A DNA stretch of 36,461 nucleotides, from contig UYFQ01000527.1 of assembly GCA_900617105.1 (NCBI GenBank), forward strand, positions 1 through 36,461. The letters run 5' to 3'. This document shows, one piece after another, positions 12,900 to 25,784 of the stretch (within the stretch, counting starts at the first letter, position 1; the number at the start of each line of letters is the position of its first letter). This DNA is from Hydrurus foetidus. Taxonomy: Eukaryota. The notes below the pieces were generated by a model. That model made no database searches. It had not been told where the DNA came from and worked only from the letters and a program-made list of their open reading frames with translations. Both the position numbers and the translations under genes were made by a program.

Positions 12900-15475
12900 A
12901 TGGACACAAGTTGTCTGGGTGCGAGGAAGCAGGCACTCAAGTTGAGAAGTCAAATTAAAAATCCAGAATATGCCAAAAATTTCGCCGCTGTGAGCAAATT
13001 TTTGTTGGATTCGAAATCATTGCCAGAATCCTGCAATCTGGATGCTGTCACGCTCTCAAAAGTATGCTGGAACTTATTGGACTTCATGGAAACCGCGATT
13101 GGAAGAGATTCTCCAGTATCGATAAGGGAGCTTACAAAATTGCCTATGACAGCGTTTAGAGATTTCTCGCCAAATGGATCGCTATCCAAAATTTTGCAAG
13201 CGGCACTGACTCACATGTGTAATGCTGGATGGGACAATTTTGATCTAATACCACGGAGCAGATTTCACGATGGAATCTGCATTTTGCGTGCTTCTGAGGC
13301 CATTCTTAGAGAGGTAAAAACTAGCCAGATATCATCGTGTAAGGGATTGCTGACACATTAACTTTGATTTTCTTGTTATCGATTCCTTTAGTCCAATGAC
13401 CTGCCGAGACGGAAATTTTTCTTGGGCAAAGTAGCACCTGAATCAGTTGGAGGCTTGGCTGAGACAGTCAAAAAGCATGGGGGATTAATTGTTGATAGTA
13501 TTGAAGGTGCTTCGCACATAATAGAACCCGATGATGTGATTGACTCTCTATCGGGCAAGAACTCTGATGGCTATTTGCGCATCGTCTCGGAAGTCTCTAG
13601 TGAAAATACTAGTGAAGTAGAAATTCACTGGATTTTCTACCCCGATAGTTACGACGAAATTATCGACCGCGTGGATATTAATGGTGACTCCACCAATTGT
13701 CTCCAGCTGCAGGCTATTGAGCCTAAGGAGAAGAAAATATGGAGAATATGTCCCCGCTACATTCTTGACTGCGATGTGTTCAATGAATGGGGGAGTGAAG
13801 TTGACTACGAGAATGAGACAGCGAATATCATTGAGGGAGAAGGAAATACCAACAATGGGACTAAGCGACGCTTTATGGCTCTTAAGATGAAGGTGAAGGA
13901 CGCTGAGAGTAGTAGTGACTCAATGAACGTTGTTGATGAGATGATAGCAGTGAACAGTGAATCCGTTGGTGAGGATGATAGTGAGAATGTCGCGAACGCA
14001 TCTGTTGACCCCTCTTCCAGCGCTACATCAATATTAGGGACGAGAAAAAAAACAGATGGAGACGACAAGGTCGCCGACCCGCTCATTCTTCCTAGTGGAA
14101 AATCGCGGAAAAGTTCCCGGAAAAGCTTCCACTCTCAAGTTAAGGCACCGGCTTGGTTTAGCACTGAATCTGTAAATTTTCTCGAGTTGAAAAACTTACC
14201 GGAATTTTTCTCAGTGAAAGATGGCGGGTCGAAAACAACCGAGGAGTACATGAAATTAAGAAATACTATAGTTACTTTGTATTCAGCTAGTCAGAATGTT
14301 TATCTCTCTGCGACAGAGTGTCGTAAGAGGATACCGGGTGACGTATGCGTCATTCTTAAGGTCCATAGTTTCCTCGACAGCTTCGGTGTCATCAACTTCA
14401 ACGTCAAGAGCGACTGTCGCCCAACGCTGTCTCACACCACGCCCTCATTCACATCTGGGAATGACCTGGCATCATCTACTTCAGGTACTGCTTGATTCTC
14501 TGTTTTACTCCATTCGGATTCTACATTCCTTCTGGTGTAATGCATGACTGACATCAATTATTTTAATGTCAAAGCTGTTGTATGCGACATTGACGAAGAG
14601 GAGTGGTCTGATGAGTGGACCAGTGATATGGACAGAACACTGCTTCACACTCTCTGTGAGAGTGCAGGTGACTGGACAGCGGTATCGCACTCTCTGAGCC
14701 AGAATGGTGTGTGTGGCCCGTCTCCATTGCAGTGTCTCGCTAGAACCATATTTCTGCCCAGTACTGCTCCCTCCATGTGCGGGCATGCATCTCCTACCCG
14801 CTCTCACAGGAATGGCACAAGTAATGGCAATGGCAGAGCAGCTTCCCGCACTGAGCTGCTATCTCTGGAGGTGGCTGGTCATATGAGTATCGCGCTTGGA
14901 TGCGATGCTGCCACACAAGTCGTTCTGAAGATCGAGGTATTAACAGCAAAGGTGCGTCACAATCCCAACTGAGCCATTCCTCAACATCCCAACTAATAAC
15001 TTTCATCGCTCTCATGTGTAGGATGTTTACCCTGAAGAAGATTCTTCTCAGGTAGACCTTGGATCTGCCCCGCTCAAAAATCAGATGAAAGTCGCCCTAG
15101 CTGTTTCTGCCGCAGCCATCTCCGCTCTGGCTGCAAGAGATGCAGAAGAGGAAAAAAATCGTCTGAAATCCCTCCTAACTGACTACATTCTGCATCGAAT
15201 GACAGTTTTGGATGAGAAGGTACCGACCTCAATCAGTGTCAGCAGTTGTTGATGAGAGTCTGCCGTCCGAAAATTTAATGATGTAATCATGCACCGCACT
15301 GACTATTCCTCATTTTCCAATGATTTGATGTCATGTCATAATTCAGATGAAGCTCTTGGTGGAGGTCGATCGCATGATCGATCTGGAGAAAGAGCGCCTT
15401 GACGTGGACAGGAGGGACACACAAATACAGCGCGCTCAGCTAGCCTTCAAGCAGATCAGCCAACAAGGGGTTTGA
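12900..15475 (+). CDS. SWI/SNF core subunit SWI3/SMARCC-like (N-terminal module, chromo-like, SWIRM, SANT, coiled tail), about 5 exons
   Basis: IHWIFYPDSYDE and CDVFNEW..EVDYE (BAF155-like N-terminus); SWIRM PAWFS..E.KNLPEFF..YMKLRN..YLSATECRK..GDV..VHSFL..FGVINF; SANT WTSDMD..LL..DWTAVS. Last exon ends QQGV* at 15475. Confidence 0.88.
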
Positions 15476-15814
15476 AACATCACTGCTATGGCTTTAGGGA
15501 TAGCAGCGGTCACCCCCGTTGGTGCTGTTGGCGAATAGGAGTTAATTCTTTTCATGCGTGATGTATTTTACGGTGACGTACTTCAGTTAGTTTGGTTAGT
15601 TCGCTTTGCTGGAAAGGAGTGGCGCTGAACGCGGTGCTTAGTGATAGTCGGAATCGCTGTTACACAGAAATTGTGGATTAAACGTAATTTTTCACCATGA
15701 ATGTACCACACTACTTCAGTTATTACTATTGGCAGTCTCGCGATACCCACAAATCAGGAAATGAAAAAATACATAAACAGAAAACTTCCGAGAGTGCGAT
15801 ATGAATCATTTGAG

Positions 15815-16639
15815 TTATCTCTTTCTTTCTCTCTTCCATTTGTACACCATCGGAGTGTCAGGATCTGCTTTTCTTTTCCTCCGTCCATTACTTCCGCTAT
15901 CGTCATCACTTTTATCATTACTCTCTCCTTTTGCAGGGACCTTCATCCGTGTACCTTTGCCCATCATGTTTCTTTGCAGAGCAAGCCCGTCGATGACCTT
16001 CTTCAGCTTACTCGATCTGGAGTTGCGAGATTTTAGTTCACGATATGCTAGGTTGCGTTTTGTCTCTAATTTCACCATCTCAGCAGCCGTCGTAGTTCCT
16101 TTATTGGTATCCTGGATCATTTTCTCGATAGCTTCTGTCCGCGGCCGATTGAAGTAACGATTGACTAATTCTGGTGCGGTGTCGAAATGTTTGGCGACAT
16201 CGAATGACTCAAGTTCTGAACTTCCCTCAACAAATATTTTGTGCTGTCGAGGCGCGTTTTCTCCAATCATGTGCAGGTTTTGACGTAGCTGTTCAGCCTT
16301 TCTGTCGTCAATGCATTTTCTATGAATCAAGTACCCCATATCTTGAGTCTTAAGCAGCTTGAGGGTGGCACCGCTGATTTTACCGTCTTTCTTGATTTTG
16401 TGAACACCATCAGTCACTTGGGAATTATGCATATTGAAGTAGAACTCATCAGGATTGCGATCAGCAGCTTTCTTCTTTAAATTCTTTATCGCAGCCTTCT
16501 TCTTCTTGAAATCATTTGCTCTAACAACGTAGTCCTTGTGCTTTTCGAGCAGACCGAATCGCTTTCGCGATTTCGGCTGCGAACGTTCTTTGTGAGTGAC
16601 GCGCTTCACAGCATTTCTCATGGTGCTCGCTCCCTGCAT
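15815..16639 (-). CDS. UTP11: U3 snoRNP / SSU processome protein Utp11, intronless
   Basis: HKERSQPKSRKRFGLLEKHKDYVVRA, RNPDEFYFNM, LKTQD.GY, HFDTAPELVNR.FNRPR and C-terminal YKWKRERKR. Confidence 0.96.
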   Translation of the reverse strand: MQGASTMRNAVKRVTHKERSQPKSRKRFGLLEKHKDYVVRANDFKKKKAAIKNLKKKAADRNPDEFYFNMHNSQVTDGVHKIKKDGKISGATLKLLKTQDMGYLIHRKCIDDRKAEQLRQNLHMIGENAPRQHKIFVEGSSELESFDVAKHFDTAPELVNRYFNRPRTEAIEKMIQDTNKGTTTAAEMVKLETKRNLAYRELKSRNSRSSKLKKVIDGLALQRNMMGKGTRMKVPAKGESNDKSDDDSGSNGRRKRKADPDTPMVYKWKRERKR

Positions 16640-17267
16640 GATGAAAGCTGCGGTCGTTCAATTAAGAGAGCAGAAGGAAATTTTTATGAGACTTCGCCGA
16701 GGAGTAATTCTAGAGATCTTAGAAGAAGTCTTCGTAGTGGAGAAAGTGTATGTTACAGTATGGCTGGTTACGCGGTTACGCTTGTGCAGTACACCGGATG
16801 GGCATTACTTACGGTAAACTACTGGTAGATATTAGAAAGTTTTCATAACTGTCACTACTTTGAGAATGGGGAATGGTTAGTATCTTTGAAACGAAGAAAT
16901 ATCTTAAGCGACCGATCACAATTTCACCTGAAGTCGTCACTGTCTTTTTTTATGCGAATTTAATTCATATCCTTTCAGTTTTATCATGTAATAAGATAGG
17001 GTCCAAATCATATGGAAAACATCTGGGGAGAAAATGCACATCATTCGCACTTTTACATTTTCATTCAGCATTTGCTGGTGCCTCACTTTCTTCTCTTCTT
17101 ATATGAAGCAGAATTTAAATTTGACTGCTGCTTTTCATTTTTGGCAACGTTTGTTACGGACACGAATACGAAATCATATCAAGAATTATTTCATACCCCA
17201 ACTGAATAGACAAGTCGACAAATATACAAATGTATCTCAGATCAGCCGTGGAGAGGAAATAATAGTC

Positions 17268-18590
17268 TCACTTCTTCGGAGCCATTGCTCTCCTCCTCTC
17301 TGCCATATACCAGTCATCCTGATCAAGATAAGGATCATACGAGCCTGCTGCCTGTGTTGGATCTGCTATTCTTGCAGTCATGGACATGAATTCTTCCCTC
17401 AGACTTTTCGCTTTGTCAAGATCACCCATATCGAGCGCTTCTCCGATGGACTTCAAAACAGCCTGTCGGGGTGACTGAATGGATGGGCCCTCCTCCCTAC
17501 CTTTCAGCCGCAACACTTCGCCTCTGACAGCGTCATCCATTTTCTCCAGTAGTGCTCTATCCAGACTATCGAGCCCATCTCTAGGTCTCGGCAGAGAGGT
17601 GACGCCTGAAGCGCGCAATGTTGCTCGCTTTTCCACAGGTGACATGTTGAGGAACTTTTTGGCATCGAATATCTCCCAAGCTGGTGATGCCTCGCTTACA
17701 TAACCACCCTGGTTACCACCTCGACTAGACTCTTTCCATTGCTGCCGATCGGCAGCGGTGCGAAATGTGGGACCACATATTGACATCTCCGAACTTCCCC
17801 CAGAGTCGTCGTCATTTGTAAGCGTTGCATCGATTGCCAGTGAATCAAATAAGGACTTCGGCATAAAGATCGGCAAACCTGTCAGCAAAGATATCGCAAT
17901 AAGCTCATCCATGTGGCATTCTACAATACACGCCATTGCTTCGGAGACTTCTGCGGGGTCATCCTTACTAGAGGTGGTCGGTATTTCAGTGTTTGAAATC
18001 GAAAGCTTCCAGTCATCTGCGGCAGCGTTTCGGCTGAAGACAACAGCCCCTCCTAAGACAACAATATCAGTTGTGAGTTGATCCCTCAGCTCAATGACGA
18101 TTCCAGTGACTCGAGATTCCAATATACTGTCCACTGCTTTTAAGAAGTTTCCTTCTGCAGACGCTCCTTTACTCTTCTGTACAAGATTGAACAACTCAAG
18201 TTTCGCATTCGTGTCCTTTCGCCAGCAATAAGGAAGATTGTCATATAGTCCGGCATCTCTGTTGACCAGAATAGCATCGGTGGAGAAAGGATCGAAACCA
18301 AATTGGGTACTCTTCTTGGTTTTTTTCAGCAGTTGACTAACAAGTGATTCCCCCCGACTGTTTAGAAGAGGAACAGGAATCACATCACACAAAACAGCAC
18401 TGCTGAGACCGCTTCCTCCAGCATTTTCGATAATCTCAAGCTTTCCGCGACTCAGATAAACGGTAGGAACAAATTCTCCGCCAGCACCTCGCAAGGATCC
18501 TTTACATTTCAAAGGAGAAAGCGCTACAAGTCGAGACTCTACAACGCAATTTCTTAGGGCCAGAATAACAGCCACTAAGAGGTAGACCAT
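17268..18590 (-). CDS. Hypothetical protein with predicted signal peptide and an aromatic/acidic C-terminal motif
   Basis: 440-codon open frame from ATG 18590. Hydrophobic N-terminus MVYLLVAVILALRNCVVES; C-terminus ADPTQAAGSYDPYLDQDDWY. Confidence 0.75.
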   Translation of the reverse strand: MVYLLVAVILALRNCVVESRLVALSPLKCKGSLRGAGGEFVPTVYLSRGKLEIIENAGGSGLSSAVLCDVIPVPLLNSRGESLVSQLLKKTKKSTQFGFDPFSTDAILVNRDAGLYDNLPYCWRKDTNAKLELFNLVQKSKGASAEGNFLKAVDSILESRVTGIVIELRDQLTTDIVVLGGAVVFSRNAAADDWKLSISNTEIPTTSSKDDPAEVSEAMACIVECHMDELIAISLLTGLPIFMPKSLFDSLAIDATLTNDDDSGGSSEMSICGPTFRTAADRQQWKESSRGGNQGGYVSEASPAWEIFDAKKFLNMSPVEKRATLRASGVTSLPRPRDGLDSLDRALLEKMDDAVRGEVLRLKGREEGPSIQSPRQAVLKSIGEALDMGDLDKAKSLREEFMSMTARIADPTQAAGSYDPYLDQDDWYMAERRRAMAPKK

Positions 18591-18922
18591 CGCATAAGTA
18601 TTTGTGAAGCGGATTGTTGCCAATTTCTAATCTTATCTTTTATCTATCTGAGATTATCCTCACATTCATGACTCATGATAATTAGGTAGGAGTAGGAGGT
18701 GAGGCCATTTTTTGTTATTTGTGCAGTACAACATGAACGCCCATTTGTACGTGCGTTCTCGCTCTTGACCGAGGGTTGTGAACTTTCCGGGTCAAGAAAT
18801 TATGCTGACGTCTGCACCACATTCCATACGAAGCAGAAGCACTGAAGTAGACCTCATCAGACAAAGCAGTCAGTTGCTGTGAGCATCTTACAGTACTCTG
18901 AAATTCAAGCTACATTCCCCAC

Positions 18923-19768
18923 ATGAACAAGTTCGCGAAAAGCAGACTGTATCGTCTGCCTCTATTATTCTCCATACTCACCATTGCCAGTCCGCTCTTC
19001 TTCTCAAATTCACGCGCACCTGCAGTCGCCAGATCACTCATTGCAGAAATGTCGACAGGGAAAGACCTCTACAGAGCTGATGGAGTTCGGATAGGATATG
19101 ATCCGTATAGTCCTGAGATGAGGGAGAAATATGGCTCACCAGGAGAGACAGATTCGGAAGGCTTTGACCCTTACTCCGACTCCGTCGGAGCTGGTATTTA
19201 CGGTGGACGTGTGAAACGGAATGACGCTGGTGAGATCATATATGGAGAGCAGTATCAAAACCATAATGACCGTCCAGGACCTGTCTATGCTGGCGGAGGA
19301 TACACTCCAATGATAAATGCCCTCCGCAATGGTGAAGCCGGCGTCAAAGCATTATTGGAGAAATATCCCGACCTTGCAAACGAGGTTACAACGGGTGGAG
19401 CAACTCCGCTTCATATGTGCGGAATGTCAAAGCAGAATCAAATGGCCACCGCGTATCTGATAAGTAAGGGAGCGGACATAAATGCATTCGATACATACGG
19501 ATTTCAACCGATACACAGAATGGCGTCCAACAATTTAGCAATTGGTGCTGAAGCTTTATTAGCAGGTATGTTATCCACCCCTAACTTCTACTCTAATAAT
19601 ACCTAAAAGATGTAAGTCGATACGGACCTGACATCCGAAATATTTTTCTGTCCAGCCGGGGCGGACCCGAGGAGTCCAACTGAAGGTCGTGGAGAAACAC
19701 CCTACAAGGTGGCAAGGGATGCAAGGGCTTACGCTGTCATGGCAGTCATTGAGAAATATCTAAAGTGA
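18923..19768 (+). CDS. Small ankyrin-repeat protein with N-terminal targeting-like leader, 2 exons
   Basis: GATPLHMCG, LISKGADINAFDTYGFQPIH. Intron 19566-19655 (GT..CAG) continues into AGADP..GETPYKVA..YLK*. Confidence 0.85.
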
Positions 19769-19957
19769 CCGCTCTGAAAGTGAACCGAGACATTCTGTTA
19801 GATTCTGATTCTTTCCTGGTTATTACATGTTCACACCAGTCGCCGACTTTAAGTTCTTCAGTAAGTTGTAGATCTAGTTTCACCTAGTGTAAAAGAGAGT
19901 GATTCTTAGTTTGTTTATCATGGTACACTGTGAACTTATGAAATAAGAAGTAAATGA

Positions 19958-22900
19958 TCACGCTTTGAACTTCGATGCTTTCCCGCCTCCCGTGAGTGTG
20001 GACCATATACTTCTGGTGACGCCTATTTTCTCGTTCTCCGCCCCTTCCAACTTTTCTTTCAGCGTTTTTGCCTCCAAAGCTTTTTCAATAGCCTCTAAAT
20101 CATCAAATTGGAGATCACCAGCTTCTTCCTCGACCTCAGATTGAGGAGGCACAGGTGCTTGAACGGCAAGAACTCCTCTACCATTCGATCTATCTCCCTG
20201 GCGCAAAACCCAGCCAACGCCAGCCGGATGACCAGAACTTTTCAGTTTACTTTTCTTTACATTTGCGTAAAGGGTTTCCAGTGAGAATGCAGAATACCCT
20301 TCGACAGTAGATTTCTTGTACGATTTCACGATATCTGCAGGGCTTTTACCACACAGTTCACGAACTTTTGCCAGATGGACAGCGTGATGCAAAGTCGGAT
20401 CGTCGACAATGCGCCTGTTTCCCATACAGGGAGGAATAGATCTTTAGACCGCTGTCACAGTGACTATGACACGACAACAGATGCATTTATATGTAACCCT
20501 AATATTTCGTAGATTCTTTCTAAACTTACCGAAGAAATTCAAAAAAGCATCCTTGGTGAAATTCATTCATAACTGTGAGAACATCCATTTGTTTATTGCA
20601 GTCTTTGTTCAGCTGCCCTGACCTCACAGCGAGTACTGAAACACATACCAGTCAAATGCAGTCATAAGAATTGTGGATGAGAATAGGAGGAAATGAGAGA
20701 ATTCGTGTGGATATGATACAATACTAGTTCTTGATGACTATGTTAAATGAATGAAACAAAAAAATTAAATGCGGACACTTCCAAGTATATGATTTATCGT
20801 TCCATCGGTAACAATTCAACTAAAAAACAAAGATCACACATCATAGATTAAAGTTGAACCGTTATGTGCAACTTACTCGCTTCCTTCGTGAACATGATGG
20901 ACACACACATGAACGGCCAAGACAAATCATGACCTCCAGTAAGGTCAGAAATTTCCAAAATCGAAACACCGTAAGCAGCGGATGTTAGTGCTGTCGCTTT
21001 TTCCACCATGTGTAATGTCTGAGTTTGAAATTACATAGTGTAGTTAGTGTTCTATTTCTCGTGGTGTAAGACTTTCAAATTTTCATATCAGTATATTTGA
21101 ATACCTGTAATATTGCCAACATTTTCATTGACCTATTGATATCTGCGAGAGATAATTCAGTAACAAATTAAAACAATCTGTTATCATGATTATCAAGTAG
21201 GACGTTAATGATAGTATTGAATGACGTCACCTGTTCTCGGATCCAATCCTTGGAAACCAATTCTCTCCCAGTGAGGCCCAACGATAGGGCACACCACTGA
21301 CACTTGCGATGAGTCCACTTCATTAGACCCATCCATGGCCACGAGAGAGGAAAATATTGTTCGTAGAATATTAAGTAACTCTGGGGTAGAGGGTTCAAAA
21401 TTTATATTTGCTAATAAAAAAGGAAATTTTAACTTTTCCTCGCAATTCTCGAACTTAAGCTGAGTTGGACGATTTAACAGTGCCCAGCTAGACGTCTGTG
21501 CTTCTTTGACGCATACGGAACTTTCGTATGCAGTGAAGTCCAGTCCGCTATGAAGAGGAAATAATGAATCAAGTGGAGTAAGAGTATGTATAAATCAATT
21601 GAGAAAGAAAGGCGATCAGTAATGTACGGTGTGCTTAAAGAATGATTGCTCCCCAGAACATAGACACGGAATATGGACACATGCTGAAGGTGTCATGAAA
21701 GAAGAAGGCGTACCTTAGGAATGATAGTGCGTCATCATACGAGTACGCACAGAATTCCACATCGTGCGTCTCTATGTGTGCGTCGCTAGAAGAGTTGTTG
21801 TTCGCATCGACATTATCCCACTCTGACTCCAATTGATTTCTAAGTGTGATTTCATCAGCGATAGCAGCCCCCTCTCTCAACTCCTCTTCTTCTTCTTCCC
21901 TCTCCGCTTCATCTTCATCCCCCTCATCAATAGTTCCGACAGCTTTTGTCCGTGCGCGACTGTATTTTAACTCAGCAACTTTTTCTTTAGAAGTATCGAT
22001 GTCCAGCAGGCGCACATCTTGATCACCCAGACCACTTGAATAAATTCCGACTATTTCATCCAATGATTGCTTGGCAGCAGATTTTGTTGTCAATTTCACA
22101 GTGTCATTCTCAGTATCCTCAGGTGCCTCCTTCGTTTTGGGGCTCTCTTGTTTTGAGAGAAGTTTGTTCTCCTCCCTCAAAGTTTCCATGAAAATCTTCT
22201 CCTCTTCAGCTGAACTTCTCAGTTTCGAAAATTTGTCGATCGTTTTCTGTGCAGGAGCGACATCATCGGAAATTCCGACCTCTCTATTTTTAGGAATGTC
22301 GTCAAAATCGAATTCATCGTCTTCTTCCTTCTTTCGAAGTGGTCGTTGAACAATGAGCTCCTTCTCAAATTCGGCTTCATCTTCAAAAGCAGCACCTTTC
22401 GGTGTTATGTAATCATCCTTCTTCTTTAGGAGGGGTTTGTATGCGATGCCAAAAATGTCGTCCGATTTATTCGGCCATACTGATGTTGAATAAGGTGCAT
22501 TTAAGTTTGAAGAAGATTCATCTGCACTAATAGACACGTACGATCAATATTATGTCAGGGATGAATAAGTTGTCGTTGCTGAATGATGCACCATATCACC
22601 TTCTGTAATTGGCTGCGTTTTTATCTCCGCAGAATTGCTCTGAGAGACAATCGTCTTTTTATCGGATGTTGGAGTACCAAATGTTTCGACTGACTCCACC
22701 TGGATCACGGATGCCATCATAGCACTGACAAGCAAAGATTCGTGTTTCTTGTCAATCTTGTTTGCGCTGTTACTTATTATGACGTCATCTCCGTTTTCTG
22801 TGAATACTTCGAGTTCTTCATCGTCATCACTCTCGAGATGCGTATTGCTCCCCACTTTACAATCGTGGGCAGACGATTTTCGCTGATCATCGATGTTATT

Positions 22901-23032
22901 CAAATCATCATCGGAGTTGTCATCATCATCAGACGAATCATCATCAAGGACTGCCGTCAGGCTCCCTTCGATCACTACTGTCGTCGTAATTTTTTCTCTC
23001 GTACGATCCTTATCATTAGCGGTGGTGGACAT
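19958..23032 (-). CDS. ELMO/CED-12 domain protein (ELMOD3-like Arf/Arl GAP) with long acidic N-terminus, multi-exon
   Basis: An exon not shown in the ORF track (~21230-21548) reads LLNILRTIFSSL..CPIVGPHWERIGFQGLDPRT|D, then INRSMKMLAILQ and WPFMCVSIMFTKE. The upstream YDDALSFL|SGLDFTAY resembles ELMOD3. Confidence 0.8.
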
Positions 23033-23870
23033 TTCAGGATGGTGTCGACGTCAAGTATTGATTGCAGTCAACTCGCCTCCGGGCAACATTCAATTTCGGT
23101 GATCACAGAGAGCAGATGTGAAATCTCCTTCTACAAAGACTTAATTAAGCCTGACAGCGACGTTGGACTGTTGTTTCCTACTCCTTACTCCTTACCGTTG
23201 AGTAGCACGTAGCACAGTACGGACAGTGCACCCACATCATGATAATATCTTTTGCACCCACTTCATACATGTTTATTTATTATTTATGCTTATGCAGTTA
23301 CTTTCGTTCTGAGTGATGGTTGTCAGTGATATTCTATTATCTTTATCAAATTACAACATTGCCCTGGTTGTCTATCTATGCTAATTGATACCCTCTTTCA
23401 GACTATTATGTACGCATGTGAAGCTTCCGAGGTAAACTTGTTGAAAGGTTTTAAAACTCATCACAAACCGACTCGAAATCAGTAATGGAAGAGTGCCACA
23501 TTGGCTTTTTATGCGGACACAGCCCAGTAACAACTTAAACGATTTCTCCCTATCGTGGCAACAGCTCTAATGATCACAGAGCATCCCCCACGCAAAGCAA
23601 GACAGAGACGATTATGAAAGATGTTATGGCATTAGTCCATGAACATTTCGCATCCAGAAGCACACCTTCAATGACATTGAAAGGCTTCCTATTTCTCCTC
23701 AAGTTTATTGAAAATGGATATGAAGATGTAGATATTTACATGATAGTCACAAATAATCAAACAACAGTTTCTAACTAAATAAAACGCCAATAAATGCAGC
23801 ATAATGAAGGTGCTCGAGAGAAATTTGTGACAAGAGAAAAAAGCAATTTCAAGGAGAAAAGAAGTCTCGA

Positions 23871-24837
23871 TTATCTGTAAGTATCATCGGTCGGTGTTCC
23901 TGATTTCGAAGGACGTATCGGGGACGTATTTGGTGATTGGGCATCGGATGTCTTATTCCATTTAATAATGGGAGACATGTAACATAGTTTACAGTGTCTC
24001 ACGCTGTCCTTCAGACCCCATTCCATGATGGGGCGGGAGTTCTTAGCAGGTGCGCATTTGCTGCATACGCACTTCCCACATCTTCGGCAATGATGCCGCC
24101 GCATCAAGAAGGAAAATGCCGCCTTACAAATCACGCATTCTAAAATGTCCTTGTCAGCACCCCACGTTGGGCCTGACGGGGGATTTCCCAATGTTATATC
24201 ATCCCTCTTACAGGATGACAAAGACGTATTCAGAACCTGATCTTCAAAATCTGTCGCACAATACTCGTCCGGTTCTCGATTATCAATCTTAGATTGAAGA
24301 ATTTCCCTGAAGAATCGGAATTTAATGAGTTAGTTCCAGTTATCAGAAAATATCACTAGAAGTGTCATATTAGACCTGACGAAATCCACTTTTACTTGGT
24401 TCGCCAACGGGACCATATCAACAAGAATTGGGGTGACTATGACGAACTTGCCTGTAGTAAAGAACCCATGGGTTGTTGTATCTGCTCTCAAACATCTCTC
24501 GTTGGTTTTCATGAGGAGAACCAGAGCCTGAGCTTGAGCCTGCGAAGCAATTTGACAAGTGCTCTCGGAAATTATCATTTCCTCCATGTTTCAGACAAGA
24601 AAGCTGAGCGGATGACCAGGAGTCTAGATTGAGACTCCTAACAAGGGATATGTGTACACCAAGAGATCGATGATTCCCAGCACACTTCAAACAGATTAGG
24701 ACACCGAACCCAAGCGATGCCCAGTCAGCCTCTTCTGCCTCGCAGTCAACGCACGATGTATTACCCGGTAGAGTCTCAATATCATATAACGATAGCGTAC
24801 GCTCATCGTTAACATCGTCTTCATTCGGCATGTCCAT
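23871..24837 (-). CDS. ArfGAP zinc-finger plus FYVE domain protein, 2 exons joined by a GC-AG intron (24307-24451)
   Basis: ArfGAP CVDC..DWASLGFGVLICLKCAGNHRSLGVHISLVRS..LDSW; FYVE WGAD..C..C..FSFLMRRHHCRRCG..VC..C. Splicing AG|GCAAGT..CAG|G gives YYREILQSKIDNREP in frame. Confidence 0.88.
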
Positions 24838-25349
24838 ATTGAGAATTTCAGATCGATATTGAGCAAATTACGTATCAAATGAAAACATCGCCTATCCCCC
24901 GTTAGAGAAGTTGTTCCAGGCTTGCGCGGGACATTAACGCGATCAGTATTGGAGATAGATCCCAGTTCATCGACAACTATGTTCGGAGGCCTCACGGTCC
25001 ATCAACAATGCGGGAGATGGCTTCTTCCAAATGTTATCACGCAGTGTTTTTATTCATTCGACCAGTCTGTTACGAATATCATTGCTCGGAAGCGCTTTTC
25101 AAGTTGGTTTCGCTTCGAAAATACCGGATAAATACATGATAAATTATAAATGTGTAATTGTGCCGTACTTTTTGTGAAGTCATCACTCCGAAAAGTATTC
25201 GTAGTTCGTGTCGAAGTATCATTAAGACCAATTGTGATCACCTATTTCAGCAAACTCGCGGCATTACAGATGATCTAAGAATCGAATTGAGTCGTGAAAT
25301 AAATGGATTATCGACACTTGAAACACAATTTTGTAGAAAAGCTGCATAA

Positions 25350-25670
25350 ATAGACAACCCTAAAAGGGTTCATGTCACGAAGTCCTGATACTCCTGCACT
25401 CCTCCAAGAAGCAAAATCAGATAAGAGCGCTTTCATGTTGTGCGCACGATTTTTTAACATTTATTTCAGAAATTTAAAAAAAAACCGTTGAGGATCCTCA
25501 GTGGTATGTGATAGACAACCCTAAAAGGGTTCATGTCACGAAGTCCTGATACTCCTGCACTCCTCCAAGAAGCAAAATCAGATAAGAGCGCTTTCATGTT
25601 GTGCGCACGATTTTTTAACATTTATTTCAGAAATTTAAAAAAAAACCGTTGAGGATCCTCAGTGGTATGT
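25350..25670. repeat. 160-bp tandem direct duplication, two copies that look identical by eye
   Basis: 25350-25509 equals 25511-25670 (atagacaaccctaaaaggg...cagtggtatgt), separated by one G. Confidence 0.95.
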
Positions 25671-25784
25671 ATCAGATCACTTCGCAAATATGGTACGGTG
25701 GTGCTAGGGCACGAAAACGTTGCCATAGAATGCAGTCTCAGCAAAAAAATTCTTCTGGTTCGGGGCATCAAGGACAATTATTGC

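Noticed and set aside
25350..25670. CRISPR-like array or LTR pair
   Set aside because: Two adjacent long copies with no spacers or internal region, in a eukaryotic context.
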